IMG/VR virus record: IMGVR_UViG_3300042402_003952
Source of the DNA: a virus
Taxonomy: Duplodnaviria; Caudoviricetes
Direction: 5' to 3' (one strand)
Length of the DNA stretch: 64,000 nt
Shown here: positions 8,388-16,928 of the stretch, one piece after another
How positions within the stretch are numbered: position 1 is the first letter of the stretch
How the letters are laid out: each line of letters starts with the position of its first letter
Translations under genes and position numbers: made by a program
The notes under the pieces: model-generated
What the model was told of the DNA's origin: nothing
Databases searched by the model: none
The model's input: only the letters and a program-made list of their open reading frames with translations

Positions 8388-8553
8388 ATCAGAACCTCAA
8401 ATTAATCGAGGTGTTGAGTTACTACTTAGGAATAGGAGGAGAAGATCAGAAAAACCAAAAACTTTTCAAGTGAAGTTTGGTAAGATGATCTCTCTTTTCC
8501 GTAGAGAGTTTCATTTCTTTATAGAATTTCACTTTGATGTCAGAAGAAAATAA
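8347..8553 (+). CDS. basic hypothetical protein
   Basis: ORF track; start uncertain. Confidence 0.55.
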   Translation: MTRGQEDEKRKLNKSEPQINRGVELLLRNRRRRSEKPKTFQVKFGKMISLFRREFHFFIEFHFDVRRK

Positions 8554-8571
8554 ACTCTCTGGAGAAAACAA

Positions 8572-8802
8572 ATGGAAACAGCATATGTAATTACATTCTC
8601 TGTAATGTTCACGTTGCTCTTTTTTATGGTTGGAAGTATAATAGGTTGGTTAACCTATAGGCACTTAGAAGAATCAAAACCTCCGTATTTACATCCAGAG
8701 TTTTTTGATGAAAATGGTCAGGTAATTCCTGACGAAATAGTATCAGTAAGATTTGAAAACGAAAACTATTATGACTATGACGACGAGGAAGAAGACAGCT
8801 GA
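8572..8802 (+). CDS. single-TM hypothetical protein with acidic tail
   Basis: N-terminal TM helix, LHPEFFDENG motif, GGAG SD. Confidence 0.75.
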   Translation: METAYVITFSVMFTLLFFMVGSIIGWLTYRHLEESKPPYLHPEFFDENGQVIPDEIVSVRFENENYYDYDDEEEDS

Positions 8803-9343
8803 AAAACCAATTGAAACTCTTCCGACAAATCCTTTTGTATTTGAAGTTCTAGAACTTGCTTCAAAACAAAAAAGTAATGCAAAAAAAGTAGAAGTTCTAA
8901 AGACTTATGAGCATGACTCACTAAAAACAATTTTTATTTGGAACTTTGATGAAAGTGTAATTTCTCTTCTTCCTGAAGGAGATGTTCCTTATGCAAGCAC
9001 TGGAGAACAAACATCTTATAGTGGAACTCTTAGTGAAAAAATTGAAGATGCTGTTTCTAAAATGAGCGAATTGGATTCAAAATCTCTTGGTTCTATGGAT
9101 CAGGGAAAATCATCAATTAGAAGAGAATATACTATGTTTTTTAATTTTGTAAAAGGTGGCAATAATTCATTGAGTTCTCTTCGTAGAGAAACAATGTTTA
9201 TTAACATTCTTCAAGGACTTCATCCTCTTGAAGCAGAAATTGTCTGTTTGGTTAAAGATAAAAAACTTACGAATAAATATAAAATATCTTTTGATATTGT
9301 GAAAGAGGCTTATCCAGATATTGTTTGGGGGGGACGCTCATGA
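8771..9343 (+). CDS. conserved hypothetical T4-like cyanophage protein
   Basis: ORF track; internal ATG chosen. Confidence 0.75.
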   Translation: MTMTTRKKTAEKPIETLPTNPFVFEVLELASKQKSNAKKVEVLKTYEHDSLKTIFIWNFDESVISLLPEGDVPYASTGEQTSYSGTLSEKIEDAVSKMSELDSKSLGSMDQGKSSIRREYTMFFNFVKGGNNSLSSLRRETMFINILQGLHPLEAEIVCLVKDKKLTNKYKISFDIVKEAYPDIVWGGRS

Positions 9344-9678
9344 CAGTAGTTGCAGAGGAAAAAAAGAAAATGGCAGAATATTCAAAAAAAGAAAAAAAAG
9401 TTCTGCCCCATGAATATGGATGCGAGGTCCTTTTAGAAAAGACTACGATTGACAAAGCAAAAGATACTTCTTATCCTAATGATGCTTATTTGATCTGGTA
9501 TAATGTTGATGATGAAGAACATCTTGATCTTGTAAGAGGATCAAGAGTTCGCATTTTTGATATGTACTATGACAAATTTGGTCCAAAATCAATTCAAAAA
9601 ATTGATTTTGGATACGGAAGAGCAAATCCTAAACTGTGGGGATTGAAACAACCTGAAAAGAAAAAGAAAGGAAGATGA
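9340..9678 (+). CDS. hypothetical protein
   Basis: ATGA overlap at 9340. Confidence 0.75.
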   Translation: MTVVAEEKKKMAEYSKKEKKVLPHEYGCEVLLEKTTIDKAKDTSYPNDAYLIWYNVDDEEHLDLVRGSRVRIFDMYYDKFGPKSIQKIDFGYGRANPKLWGLKQPEKKKKGR

Positions 9679-9860
9679 GTGAAGGTTTTAGTGAAGAAAA
9701 GATTGAAGTAGCAATCAATAAAGATGAAGTAAAAAAACTTCTAAAAAAATATAAAAAAGTTAAAAAGTATATGAAATCTCCTCTATTTGCAGTTAAGACT
9801 ATGGATGGAACTGAGACCTATGTGAGTGAACTATTAAAACAATCTGAGGGGAATGGGTAA
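9675..9860 (+). CDS. hypothetical protein (61 aa)
   Basis: ATGA overlap. Confidence 0.7.
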   Translation: MSEGFSEEKIEVAINKDEVKKLLKKYKKVKKYMKSPLFAVKTMDGTETYVSELLKQSEGNG

Positions 9861-10179
9861 GCATTATCTTTTAAATTTGTATGGATGTTCATTTGTTCTT
9901 TTGGACGATGAACGTTGTCTTATTGACTTATTAGAAAACGCAGCAGTTGCTAGTGGTGCTACTGTGGTTCAAACTATCTCAAAGAAGTTTGAACCACAGG
10001 GATGCACTATTATATCTCTACTTTCAGAAAGTCATATCAGTATTCATACATGGCCTGAGGAAGGTAAAGCAGCAGTAGATGTTTATACCTGTGGAGATTG
10101 CAATCCAAAGATTGGTTGTGATATAATAATAGCACAATTATATCCACAAAGATATAAGTTAGAATTTATAGAAAGATAA
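9853..10179 (+). CDS. speD: S-adenosylmethionine decarboxylase proenzyme family
   Basis: GKH...FEPQG...LSE|SHISIHTWPE...DVYTCG pyruvoyl cleavage motif. Confidence 0.9.
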   Translation: MGKHYLLNLYGCSFVLLDDERCLIDLLENAAVASGATVVQTISKKFEPQGCTIISLLSESHISIHTWPEEGKAAVDVYTCGDCNPKIGCDIIIAQLYPQRYKLEFIER

Positions 10180-10242
10180 GTTTTGTATCTTATTTTACAA
10201 AAAAATTTGCATATATAGATCGATGGGTCTATAATGACCTTA

Positions 10243-10337
10243 CGTTCATCCCAATGGGACGGAAGTAAGCCGACGCGGAACGGATCGTTCATTCGCTATT
10301 CGCAAATAGCGAACGCAAACGCCGACTGAAGGAACGC
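10243..10337 (+). ncRNA. tandem glutamine riboswitch aptamers (glnA / Downstream-peptide class)
   Basis: Two CGTTCA...GGAACG units (10243-10282, 10286-10336), each with a closing hairpin and a CGGAAGTA or CGCA junction, directly upstream of a DUF4278-like ORF. Confidence 0.8.
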
Positions 10338-10369
10338 TCTTTAACTTAAAAAACTAAGGAGAAAACCTA

Positions 10370-10507
10370 ATGTCTAAAGTAGTATATCGCGGTATTGAGT
10401 ATGATACTCAAAAGCGCCTGGAGTATCAACAGCAAATGATGCAGCAACCCCAACAATACAACGAAACCTATCGTGGTGTTAAGTTTGTAAAGGAGGGACA
10501 TAAGTGA
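10370..10507 (+). CDS. DUF4278-like small protein (45 aa, MSKVVYRGIEYD...TYRGVKF)
   Basis: Two YRG motifs; AAGGAG SD; downstream of the riboswitch. Confidence 0.8.
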   Translation: MSKVVYRGIEYDTQKRLEYQQQMMQQPQQYNETYRGVKFVKEGHK

Positions 10508-10608
10508 TGAATACTTACTTCGTTCGTTATCTTAAGAGAAAAGCAAAGAAAGAAAAACTTCTTTATATTGCTCAAATTAATATGGCAAAGCAACCACAAG
10601 TTGCTTGA
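10507..10608 (+). CDS. small basic protein (33 aa, MNTYFVRYLKRKAKKEKLL...)
   Basis: TGATG coupling to the DUF4278 ORF; followed by a terminator. Confidence 0.6.
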   Translation: MNTYFVRYLKRKAKKEKLLYIAQINMAKQPQVA

Positions 10609-10611
10609 TAT

Positions 10612-10641
10612 GAGAGGGGACTTGACTCCCCTCTTTTTTTT
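10612..10641 (+). terminator. intrinsic terminator
   Basis: GAGGGGA...TCCCCTC stem followed by T8. Confidence 0.85.
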
Positions 10642-10650
10642 GACTATAAT
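10622..10650 (+). promoter_or_regulatory. sigma70-type promoter overlapping the terminator
   Basis: TTGACT-17-TATAAT. Confidence 0.7.
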
Positions 10651-10673
10651 TACCTTTGTGAGGTTTAATCAAG

Positions 10674-10913
10674 ATGGATAAAGAAAAGCTTAAGTTAATC
10701 ATCAGAAACCTTGAATCTCTTGTTGAATGTCTTAAATCAGAAGTATATTCTGATGTAGATGCATATAAACCAGAGATTCAGTATGAAGAAATAGCACCTT
10801 ACATTGATGATTATGATGAGGTGTTCTATGATGAGAGTGATGAACTAGCAGATTTAATGAGAGTGAATCAAAAGTACAAACTTACAAACGATGATGATGG
10901 AGATGGACTGTGA
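10674..10913 (+). CDS. conserved hypothetical protein
   Basis: ORF track; follows the promoter. Confidence 0.75.
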   Translation: MDKEKLKLIIRNLESLVECLKSEVYSDVDAYKPEIQYEEIAPYIDDYDEVFYDESDELADLMRVNQKYKLTNDDDGDGL

Positions 10914-11662
10914 AACCTATTAAAGCAAAAGACCTTCTTGAGAGGGATAAAAATCTTGAAGTAGTAATGCTTCAGTGCTATCCACTTCCGGAACAAGTAA
11001 TTTATCAAGCAGGAAAATGTGACTATTCAGAAACACCAATTCACAGTCAAAAAATTCCTAAACCAAGTGAATGTGGAGAGTGGGTTGTTGAACGTCTTTT
11101 AAGCAACGAGAAAGGACACTGGGGACCTCTAGAACATCCTTCAATTACTTTTTCGGTATCTGGGTATGTTCACAACGTTGCAATGCAAGCAAGGACTCAT
11201 AGAGTAGGTGTTAGTTTTGATGTTCAATCGCAACGATACACTGGAAAAAGAGTCATTAAGGTTGCTAATGGAGAACTAAAACCAGAAGATGTATTTTATG
11301 TTCGTCCACCAGGATTTTATACTAATCGTTATGGTAAAAAGTATGATTGGACAGAAGATGATTATGTAGATGAACTCAACTGGATTGTAGAAGGATGTAA
11401 GCGTTATGCAGTAAAATATGAAAAAGGAATGTGTGAAGAACATATTCGTGACTATCTTGCACAGGCAATTCGTCAAAACTTTGTAGTTTCTTTTAATCTT
11501 CGTTCAGTTTTACATCTTTTGGATTTGAGAGCAAAAATGGATGCTCAATTAGAAATTCAAGCACTTTGTGAACAAATTGCACCTCAACTTGAAAAGTGGT
11601 CTCCACATGTGTGGAAATATTATGAAGAGAAACGTCTTCATAAAGCAAGACTTTCTCCCTGA
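10910..11662 (+). CDS. thyX: flavin-dependent thymidylate synthase
   Basis: GHWGPLEH and RTHR...SFDVQSQRY ThyX motifs. Confidence 0.93.
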   Translation: MKPIKAKDLLERDKNLEVVMLQCYPLPEQVIYQAGKCDYSETPIHSQKIPKPSECGEWVVERLLSNEKGHWGPLEHPSITFSVSGYVHNVAMQARTHRVGVSFDVQSQRYTGKRVIKVANGELKPEDVFYVRPPGFYTNRYGKKYDWTEDDYVDELNWIVEGCKRYAVKYEKGMCEEHIRDYLAQAIRQNFVVSFNLRSVLHLLDLRAKMDAQLEIQALCEQIAPQLEKWSPHVWKYYEEKRLHKARLSP

Positions 11663-11668
11663 GGTTTT

Positions 11669-11827
11669 ATGAAGAGTTGGTGTGTAAAAGACCATCTTAC
11701 AAGACATGTATTTAAAGTCTTATTATCGGAAGAAGATTTTCAAAAGTTTCTTAAAGAAAATCCAGATATGGATGAATGTATTGATTGTGTAGAGTGCGAT
11801 GATGCACCATCTATTACCATTGAATAA
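11669..11827 (+). CDS. hypothetical protein (52 aa, Cys/Asp-rich C-terminus)
   Basis: Read by eye; GAGG SD. Confidence 0.6.
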   Translation: MKSWCVKDHLTRHVFKVLLSEEDFQKFLKENPDMDECIDCVECDDAPSITIE

Positions 11828-11856
11828 ATACTCTCATATAAAATGGAGGAAACAAT

Positions 11857-12105
11857 TTGGCAACATATCCTGTTTATAATAAAGTAACTGGCGAACAAAA
11901 AGAAGTTACGATGAGTGTTCATGATTGGGACCAGTGGAAAAAAGATAATTCAGAATGGGATAGAGATTGGAGTGATCCTTCAACGTGTCCTAATTCTGGA
12001 GAAGTTGGAGAAATCTATGATAGACTTAAGAAGTCTCATCCAGGGTGGAATGATGTTCTTCACAAAGCATCAAAAGCACCAGGTTCAAAAGTAAAACCAA
12101 TCTGA
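11857..12105 (+). CDS. conserved hypothetical protein upstream of phoH
   Basis: TTG start with GGAGG SD. Confidence 0.75.
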   Translation: MATYPVYNKVTGEQKEVTMSVHDWDQWKKDNSEWDRDWSDPSTCPNSGEVGEIYDRLKKSHPGWNDVLHKASKAPGSKVKPI

Positions 12106-12111
12106 TTTTAT

Positions 12112-12864
12112 ATGGCAAGAAAAAGAACGAACGATCAACCAATTGGTGTTGGACTTACTGCTAAACAAATGAAGCGTAAGAAACCAATCAGTGCTGATTT
12201 AATGAGAGACATTGATCCTCTCACTGATAATCAAAAACTACTTTACACGGCATACGAAGATCATAAAAATATTGTTGCTTATGGTGCTGCTGGTACAGGT
12301 AAAACCTTTATCACACTCTACAATGCTCTTCAAGATGTTTTAGATGAAAGAAGTCCTTACGAAAAAATCTATATCGTTAGGTCTCTTGTTGCTACTCGTG
12401 AAATTGGATTTCTTCCTGGTGATCACGAAGACAAGTCCTCACTTTATCAAATTCCTTACAAGAATATGGTAAAGTATATGTTCCAAATGCCAGATGATGC
12501 ATCTTTTGAAATGCTCTATGGTAATTTGAAACTACAAGGAACAATTAGTTTTTGGAGCACTTCTTTTATTCGTGGTACAACTCTGGACAATGCAATCATT
12601 ATCGTTGATGAATTCCAGAACCTAAATTTCCACGAACTTGATTCTATCATTACTCGTGTTGGTGAAAATAGTAAGATTATGTTCTGCGGTGATGCTACTC
12701 AAAGTGATCTAATTAAGACCAATGAGAAGAATGGCATTATTGACTTCATGAAGATTCTACGTGTGATGCCTTCTTTTGATGTAATTGAATTTGGTATTGA
12801 TGATATTGTTCGTTCAGGATTAGTTAAAGAGTATATCATTGCGAAGACGGAACTAAATCTATGA
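12112..12864 (+). CDS. phoH: PhoH-like ATPase
   Basis: GAAGTGKT Walker A, EIGFLPG, RGTTLD, IIVDEFQN, GDATQSD. Confidence 0.96.
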   Translation: MARKRTNDQPIGVGLTAKQMKRKKPISADLMRDIDPLTDNQKLLYTAYEDHKNIVAYGAAGTGKTFITLYNALQDVLDERSPYEKIYIVRSLVATREIGFLPGDHEDKSSLYQIPYKNMVKYMFQMPDDASFEMLYGNLKLQGTISFWSTSFIRGTTLDNAIIIVDEFQNLNFHELDSIITRVGENSKIMFCGDATQSDLIKTNEKNGIIDFMKILRVMPSFDVIEFGIDDIVRSGLVKEYIIAKTELNL

Positions 12865-13541
12865 CATTCATTCATCATAATTACCTAGGTGATCTTGAAT
12901 TAGAAAAAAAAGAAAAAAATGGCATCCGTCTCTATAACCTACCAAGTGGAGCATGGGTGCCATCCATCACATCAGTGACTTCTTTTTATAATCGTGAGAT
13001 CTTTGTTAAGTGGAGAAAGAGAGTTGGACTTGAAGAAGCAAATCGTATTACTAAAAAGGCAACAGCAAGAGGTACTGATTTCCACCAAGTTTGTCAGGAC
13101 TATCTTGAAAACAAAGAAATGAACTGGGATGATTATCAACCACTAACAAAGTTCATGTTTCATCATGCTAAACCTTATCTTGACAAGATAAATAATATTC
13201 ATGCAATTGAAAGAACACTTTACTCTGAGTATCTTGGACTCGCTGGAAGAGTAGACTGTATTGCAGAGTATGAAGGAGAACTAGCAGTCATTGATTTCAA
13301 GACATCAGAAAAAATTAAACCAGAGGAATGGATTGAAAACTATTTTGTTCAAGAGATGTTTTATGCTGCTGCATATTACGAACTCACTGACATTCCTCCA
13401 GTCAAATTGATTACACTAATGGTCACTCCTGGAGGTGAGGTCAAAGTATTTGACAAAAGAAACAAATCAGACTATATTAAACTATTAGTTCGTTATATTA
13501 AAGAATTTGTATCTCACAATACTAGGCCAGATGGAGAATGA
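12861..13541 (+). CDS. PD-(D/E)xK exonuclease (Cas4/RecB-like phage exonuclease)
   Basis: PSITSV, GTDFH, AGRVDC, IDFKTS motifs. Confidence 0.88.
   Translation: MTFIHHNYLGDLELEKKEKNGIRLYNLPSGAWVPSITSVTSFYNREIFVKWRKRVGLEEANRITKKATARGTDFHQVCQDYLENKEMNWDDYQPLTKFMFHHAKPYLDKINNIHAIERTLYSEYLGLAGRVDCIAEYEGELAVIDFKTSEKIKPEEWIENYFVQEMFYAAAYYELTDIPPVKLITLMVTPGGEVKVFDKRNKSDYIKLLVRYIKEFVSHNTRPDGE
13450..13478 (+). promoter_or_regulatory. sigma70-type promoter upstream of gp33
   Basis: TTGACA-17-TATATT. Confidence 0.55.
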
Positions 13542-13788
13542 ATTAGAGAAAGTACTAGAAAGTAAATTTTTCTGTCCATCACGATTTGCACAAGAAATTG
13601 AACATCTTGTGCAAATAAATGTGGAGATGAATTATATTGACGCGATTATTCATTTCTGCGAACAAAACAATATTGATTTGGAATCAGTTCCTAAATTGAT
13701 TTCCAAACCATTGAAAGAAAAACTTAAGTATGAAGCAATGGAACTTAACTTTTTAAAGAGGAGTTCCAGAGCGAAACTACCCCTTTGA
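13531..13788 (+). CDS. gp33: late-promoter transcription co-activator
   Basis: F...IE...NYIDAII.FCE.N.I..E...KLISKPLKEK...EA..LN signature; position before gp59. Confidence 0.88.
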   Translation: MENELEKVLESKFFCPSRFAQEIEHLVQINVEMNYIDAIIHFCEQNNIDLESVPKLISKPLKEKLKYEAMELNFLKRSSRAKLPL

Positions 13789-13791
13789 TAA

Positions 13792-13809
13792 ATGATGCCG
13801 TTTGATTAA
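13792..13809 (+). pseudogene. orphaned original 5' end of gp59 (ATG ATG CCG TTT GAT TAA = MMPFD*)
   Basis: Matches the VVPFD start of the functional gp59 530 nt downstream. Confidence 0.7.
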
Positions 13810-13815
13810 CTCCTG

Positions 13816-13823
13816 TATAAATA
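13816..13823 (+). promoter_or_regulatory. T4 late promoter for the GIY-YIG gene
   Basis: TATAAATA, 25 nt before the ATG. Confidence 0.7.
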
Positions 13824-13848
13824 TTATTAGATTTATTTTAGTTTAATA

Positions 13849-14343
13849 ATGTATTACTGCTATGCTTATTTGCGTGAAGATGGAACTCCATATTATATTG
13901 GAAAAGGAAGAGGGCAAAGAGCCTATTTAAAACATCCTCGCGCAAATGGATTAGATTTGCGTCCGAAAGATAAAAATAGAATAGTTATTCTTAAAGAATT
14001 TGAAGATGAGATTTCTGCTTATCAGTATGAAATGGAAATGATAGAAAAATATGGACGCAAATGTGATGGAACTGGCATATTGAGAAATATGACTATTGGT
14101 GGTGAAGGAAATAAGTCTATTTTTAAAACTTATGAGCAAAGAAAACAAGCAGAAATTGAAAGAAAACGTAAATGGTATTATGATAATCAGGAACGTTTAA
14201 GGCAAAAAGCAGCAAAAATACTTGATGAAAACCGTGATGAAATTAATCGCAAACGCAGGGAACGACGCAACACAGAACCATATCGTTCAGAATATCTTGC
14301 TCGGCAACGTGAGAGGAGAAATAAGAAAAGTGGTTCCATTTGA
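13849..14343 (+). CDS. free-standing GIY-YIG homing endonuclease
   Basis: YCY...YIGKG...R and conserved E/N (AYQYE, LRNMTIGGEG). Confidence 0.88.
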   Translation: MYYCYAYLREDGTPYYIGKGRGQRAYLKHPRANGLDLRPKDKNRIVILKEFEDEISAYQYEMEMIEKYGRKCDGTGILRNMTIGGEGNKSIFKTYEQRKQAEIERKRKWYYDNQERLRQKAAKILDENRDEINRKRRERRNTEPYRSEYLARQRERRNKKSGSI

Positions 14344-14926
14344 TTCTTATAAAACTTATCTGTCCTTGAAGAATCATTTCACCAAGGACAGTTATGATTA
14401 TTTCAAATATTGTGGAAAGAGCCGCGCAACACTCCAATCTTTCTACAAACGTAAAGACAGGATGTGGTTCGAAAAAGTCTCCAGACAAAAGACAGATCAA
14501 GAGGTTATAGATTTTTTTGTTTCTAACTTCGTATCTTGTAATGATCCAGAGACTCTTTGGATTGGTGAAATGATCAAAGAAGGAGAAGCAAGATATCAAA
14601 ACTGGCAAAAGAAAATTCAATCACTTTCCTATATCTTCAAAGAAGAATCACAAAGTCTCTTTGAAGAAAATAAATTTGAGGATGTCTTTAAGTGTTCTAA
14701 AGGACATCCTATTCTTCTTAAAAAATTCCTGAATGGTAAAATTAGCTTAGAAACACTAGTCATCTACGATAGAATTTTCCTGTTCGGGAATAAGTTTGAT
14801 AAGAAACTTCAAGACCCGGTGTGGCAAACCGTCAGTCGTAGGATTAAAAAATATAATCCTTTTCTAAATATTGATGTATTTCGTTTTCGTAAAATCTTGA
14901 AAGAGATTGTTCTGGAGGATTCATGA
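14330..14926 (+). CDS. gp59: helicase loader
   Basis: PFDSYKTYLSLKNHFT..SYDYFKY.GK signature; GTG start at 14330 within track ORF 14222..14926. Confidence 0.9.
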   Translation: MVPFDSYKTYLSLKNHFTKDSYDYFKYCGKSRATLQSFYKRKDRMWFEKVSRQKTDQEVIDFFVSNFVSCNDPETLWIGEMIKEGEARYQNWQKKIQSLSYIFKEESQSLFEENKFEDVFKCSKGHPILLKKFLNGKISLETLVIYDRIFLFGNKFDKKLQDPVWQTVSRRIKKYNPFLNIDVFRFRKILKEIVLEDS

Positions 14927-15267
14927 GTTTCTTTAATTCTGAGGTTGTCCGTGCAGAGATGACCGAGATTGCAGAATTGCAAGAAGATGTTTATTCAAAT
15001 GTCTTTAAGTTTCCTGCGATGTCAAAAGAACAGAAACTTCAACATGTAGAACTTTTGGAAAAACTTCTTGATAAACAAAAAGTTCTTTATACAAGAGTGA
15101 GTTTGTCGGATGATCCAGAAGCAATTGAAATGAAAGAACGAATTATGCAATCTGCTATTATGATGGGAATGCCTCCTGGCACTGACATGAATATCATTCT
15201 CAATAACATGTCTCAGATGCTTGAGGTGATGAAGCAGCAGATTGACAAAACAGGTTCAGACCTGTAG
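14923..15267 (+). CDS. DUF1825-like conserved cyanophage protein
   Basis: MSFFNSEVVRAEM...SLSDDPEA motif; usual position before gp32. Confidence 0.7.
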   Translation: MSFFNSEVVRAEMTEIAELQEDVYSNVFKFPAMSKEQKLQHVELLEKLLDKQKVLYTRVSLSDDPEAIEMKERIMQSAIMMGMPPGTDMNIILNNMSQMLEVMKQQIDKTGSDL

Positions 15268-15270
15268 AAT
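15242..15270 (+). promoter_or_regulatory. sigma70-type promoter for gp32
   Basis: TTGACA-17-TAGAAT. Confidence 0.75.
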
Positions 15271-15316
15271 AACGAGGTACACAAAAGCCAAATCCTAATT
15301 AATCCGAGGTAATCTA

Positions 15317-16258
15317 ATGTCTTTTTCAGATCTTAAAAAGCAATCTAAACTTGGTTCTCTCACTTCCAAACTTGTAAAGGAAGTTGAGAAGATGAGCAAC
15401 ACTTCTGGTGGCGCTGATGAGCGTCTCTGGAAACCTGAGATGGATAAAACTGGAAACGGTTTTGCTGTTATTCGTTTCTTGCCCGCTCCCGAAGGAGAAG
15501 ATGTTCCTTGGGCAAAGATGTATTCTCACGGTTTTCAAGGTCCTGGTGGTTGGTATATTGAAAACTCTCTGACCACTATGGGTCAGAAAGATCCTGTATC
15601 CGAACACAATCGCAAACTGTGGAACAGTGGTAGCGATAAGGATAAAGAAACTGTTCGCAAGCAAAAGCGTAAACTGTCTTATTACAGCAATATCTACGTT
15701 GTAAAAGATCCTACAAATCCACAAAACGAAGGTAAAGTCTTCCTCTTCAAATATGGTAAGAAGATCTTTGATAAGATCATGGAAGCAATGCAACCTGAGT
15801 TTGAAGATGAAACTCCTATTAATCCTTTTGACTTCTGGCAGGGTGCTAATTTCAAACTCAAAATCGTAAAGAAAGATGGGTATTGGAACTACGACAAGTC
15901 AGAATTTGGTTCTGTTGAACCACTACTGGATGATGACGATGCTCTGGAAGCCATCTGGAAGAAAGAGTATTCTCTGGCAGCAGTAATTGCTCCTGATCAA
16001 TTCAAGTCCTATGAAGAACTTGATGCACGTCTGAATGCTGTTCTTGGTCTTCAGACTCCTACTCGCTCTCGTGCTGTAGTTGAACAGGAAGACGATTTGG
16101 AGGAGTATACACAAACTCCTACCGCTCAGGATCGTGTGGTAGAAGAACTGGAGCAATCTTATGCTCGCTCTAAGTCTCCTTCACTGCCTACTATCAATTC
16201 TTCTGATGAAGATGAAGACGATGCGCTTTCGTATTTTCAACGCTTGGCAGAAGATTGA
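15317..16258 (+). CDS. gp32: single-stranded DNA-binding protein
   Basis: D.RLWKP..DK.GNG.AVIRFLP, WYIENSLTT, NPFDFWQGANFKLK, acidic tail. Confidence 0.96.
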   Translation: MSFSDLKKQSKLGSLTSKLVKEVEKMSNTSGGADERLWKPEMDKTGNGFAVIRFLPAPEGEDVPWAKMYSHGFQGPGGWYIENSLTTMGQKDPVSEHNRKLWNSGSDKDKETVRKQKRKLSYYSNIYVVKDPTNPQNEGKVFLFKYGKKIFDKIMEAMQPEFEDETPINPFDFWQGANFKLKIVKKDGYWNYDKSEFGSVEPLLDDDDALEAIWKKEYSLAAVIAPDQFKSYEELDARLNAVLGLQTPTRSRAVVEQEDDLEEYTQTPTAQDRVVEELEQSYARSKSPSLPTINSSDEDEDDALSYFQRLAED

Positions 16259-16927
16259 TTAGGTATATAACCTAATATTATCTCCTTTCTTAAGGTTCTC
16301 GGAAACATATTGCTGAGAACCTTTTTTATATGGCATAATCTCTTCCATATCATTAAACACTACGTTTAGATATGTTGGTTTCAATATAAAAATATTTCTC
16401 TTATCATCTTGTAATTTCTGTTCATACTCAAAGTTAGTAACTGCTCTAGTGAAGTTTCTTTGAGTTACTTGTCTTCCTAAAATATCATCATAATAAGTTG
16501 TTGTGAAGTTTGATGGAACTTGTAGACCAGCAGGAATAATTAAGATTCCATTCGTATTTTTAATTTCATTCGTTTCATAATGATGAACTGCATAGATCTG
16601 ATCATAGGATCCATACTTTTCTAAAAGGAAATTATCAAATCCTTGTTGACTTAATGGCCATTCGGTTTGAACATTAAGAATGTTATTTGAGAGAAGTACA
16701 ACCCAATCTAGAGTTTCGTCATCATAAACTTTGTATGCAACATTATCTGGTCTCTCGTTTCCAATGATTTTATATTTTGTGAAGAACTGTAGATTTCCAA
16801 AAATATCTTCACGTAGTTTTCCGCGCTTGAATAAATTCTTTACGGTAATATAATCAGATATACTTTGTGAATTTGGTAATCTGCTGACGTACTGAAAATC
16901 TGGAACTTGACGGAAGTAACTTGCCAT
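16259..16927 (-). CDS. gp53: baseplate wedge component
   Basis: YF...P.F.Y, VKNLFKR, ERPDNVAYKVY, DWVVLL.NNI; synteny. Confidence 0.8.
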   Translation of the reverse strand: MASYFRQVPDFQYVSRLPNSQSISDYITVKNLFKRGKLREDIFGNLQFFTKYKIIGNERPDNVAYKVYDDETLDWVVLLSNNILNVQTEWPLSQQGFDNFLLEKYGSYDQIYAVHHYETNEIKNTNGILIIPAGLQVPSNFTTTYYDDILGRQVTQRNFTRAVTNFEYEQKLQDDKRNIFILKPTYLNVVFNDMEEIMPYKKGSQQYVSENLKKGDNIRLYT

Positions 16928-16928
16928 A

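Noticed and set aside
12861-13541. Cas4-like nuclease as evidence of CRISPR
   Set aside because: It is the usual T4-like exonuclease next to phoH. No repeat-spacer array or other cas gene is in the window.
14222-14329. N-terminal extension of gp59 shown in the track
   Set aside because: It lies inside the nuclease gene in another frame; gp59 homology begins at VVPFD.
13807-14343. Self-splicing intron explanation for the gp59 interruption
   Set aside because: No P/Q/R/S core, and no U/G junction pair restores the frame. The same holds for the gp51 insertion.
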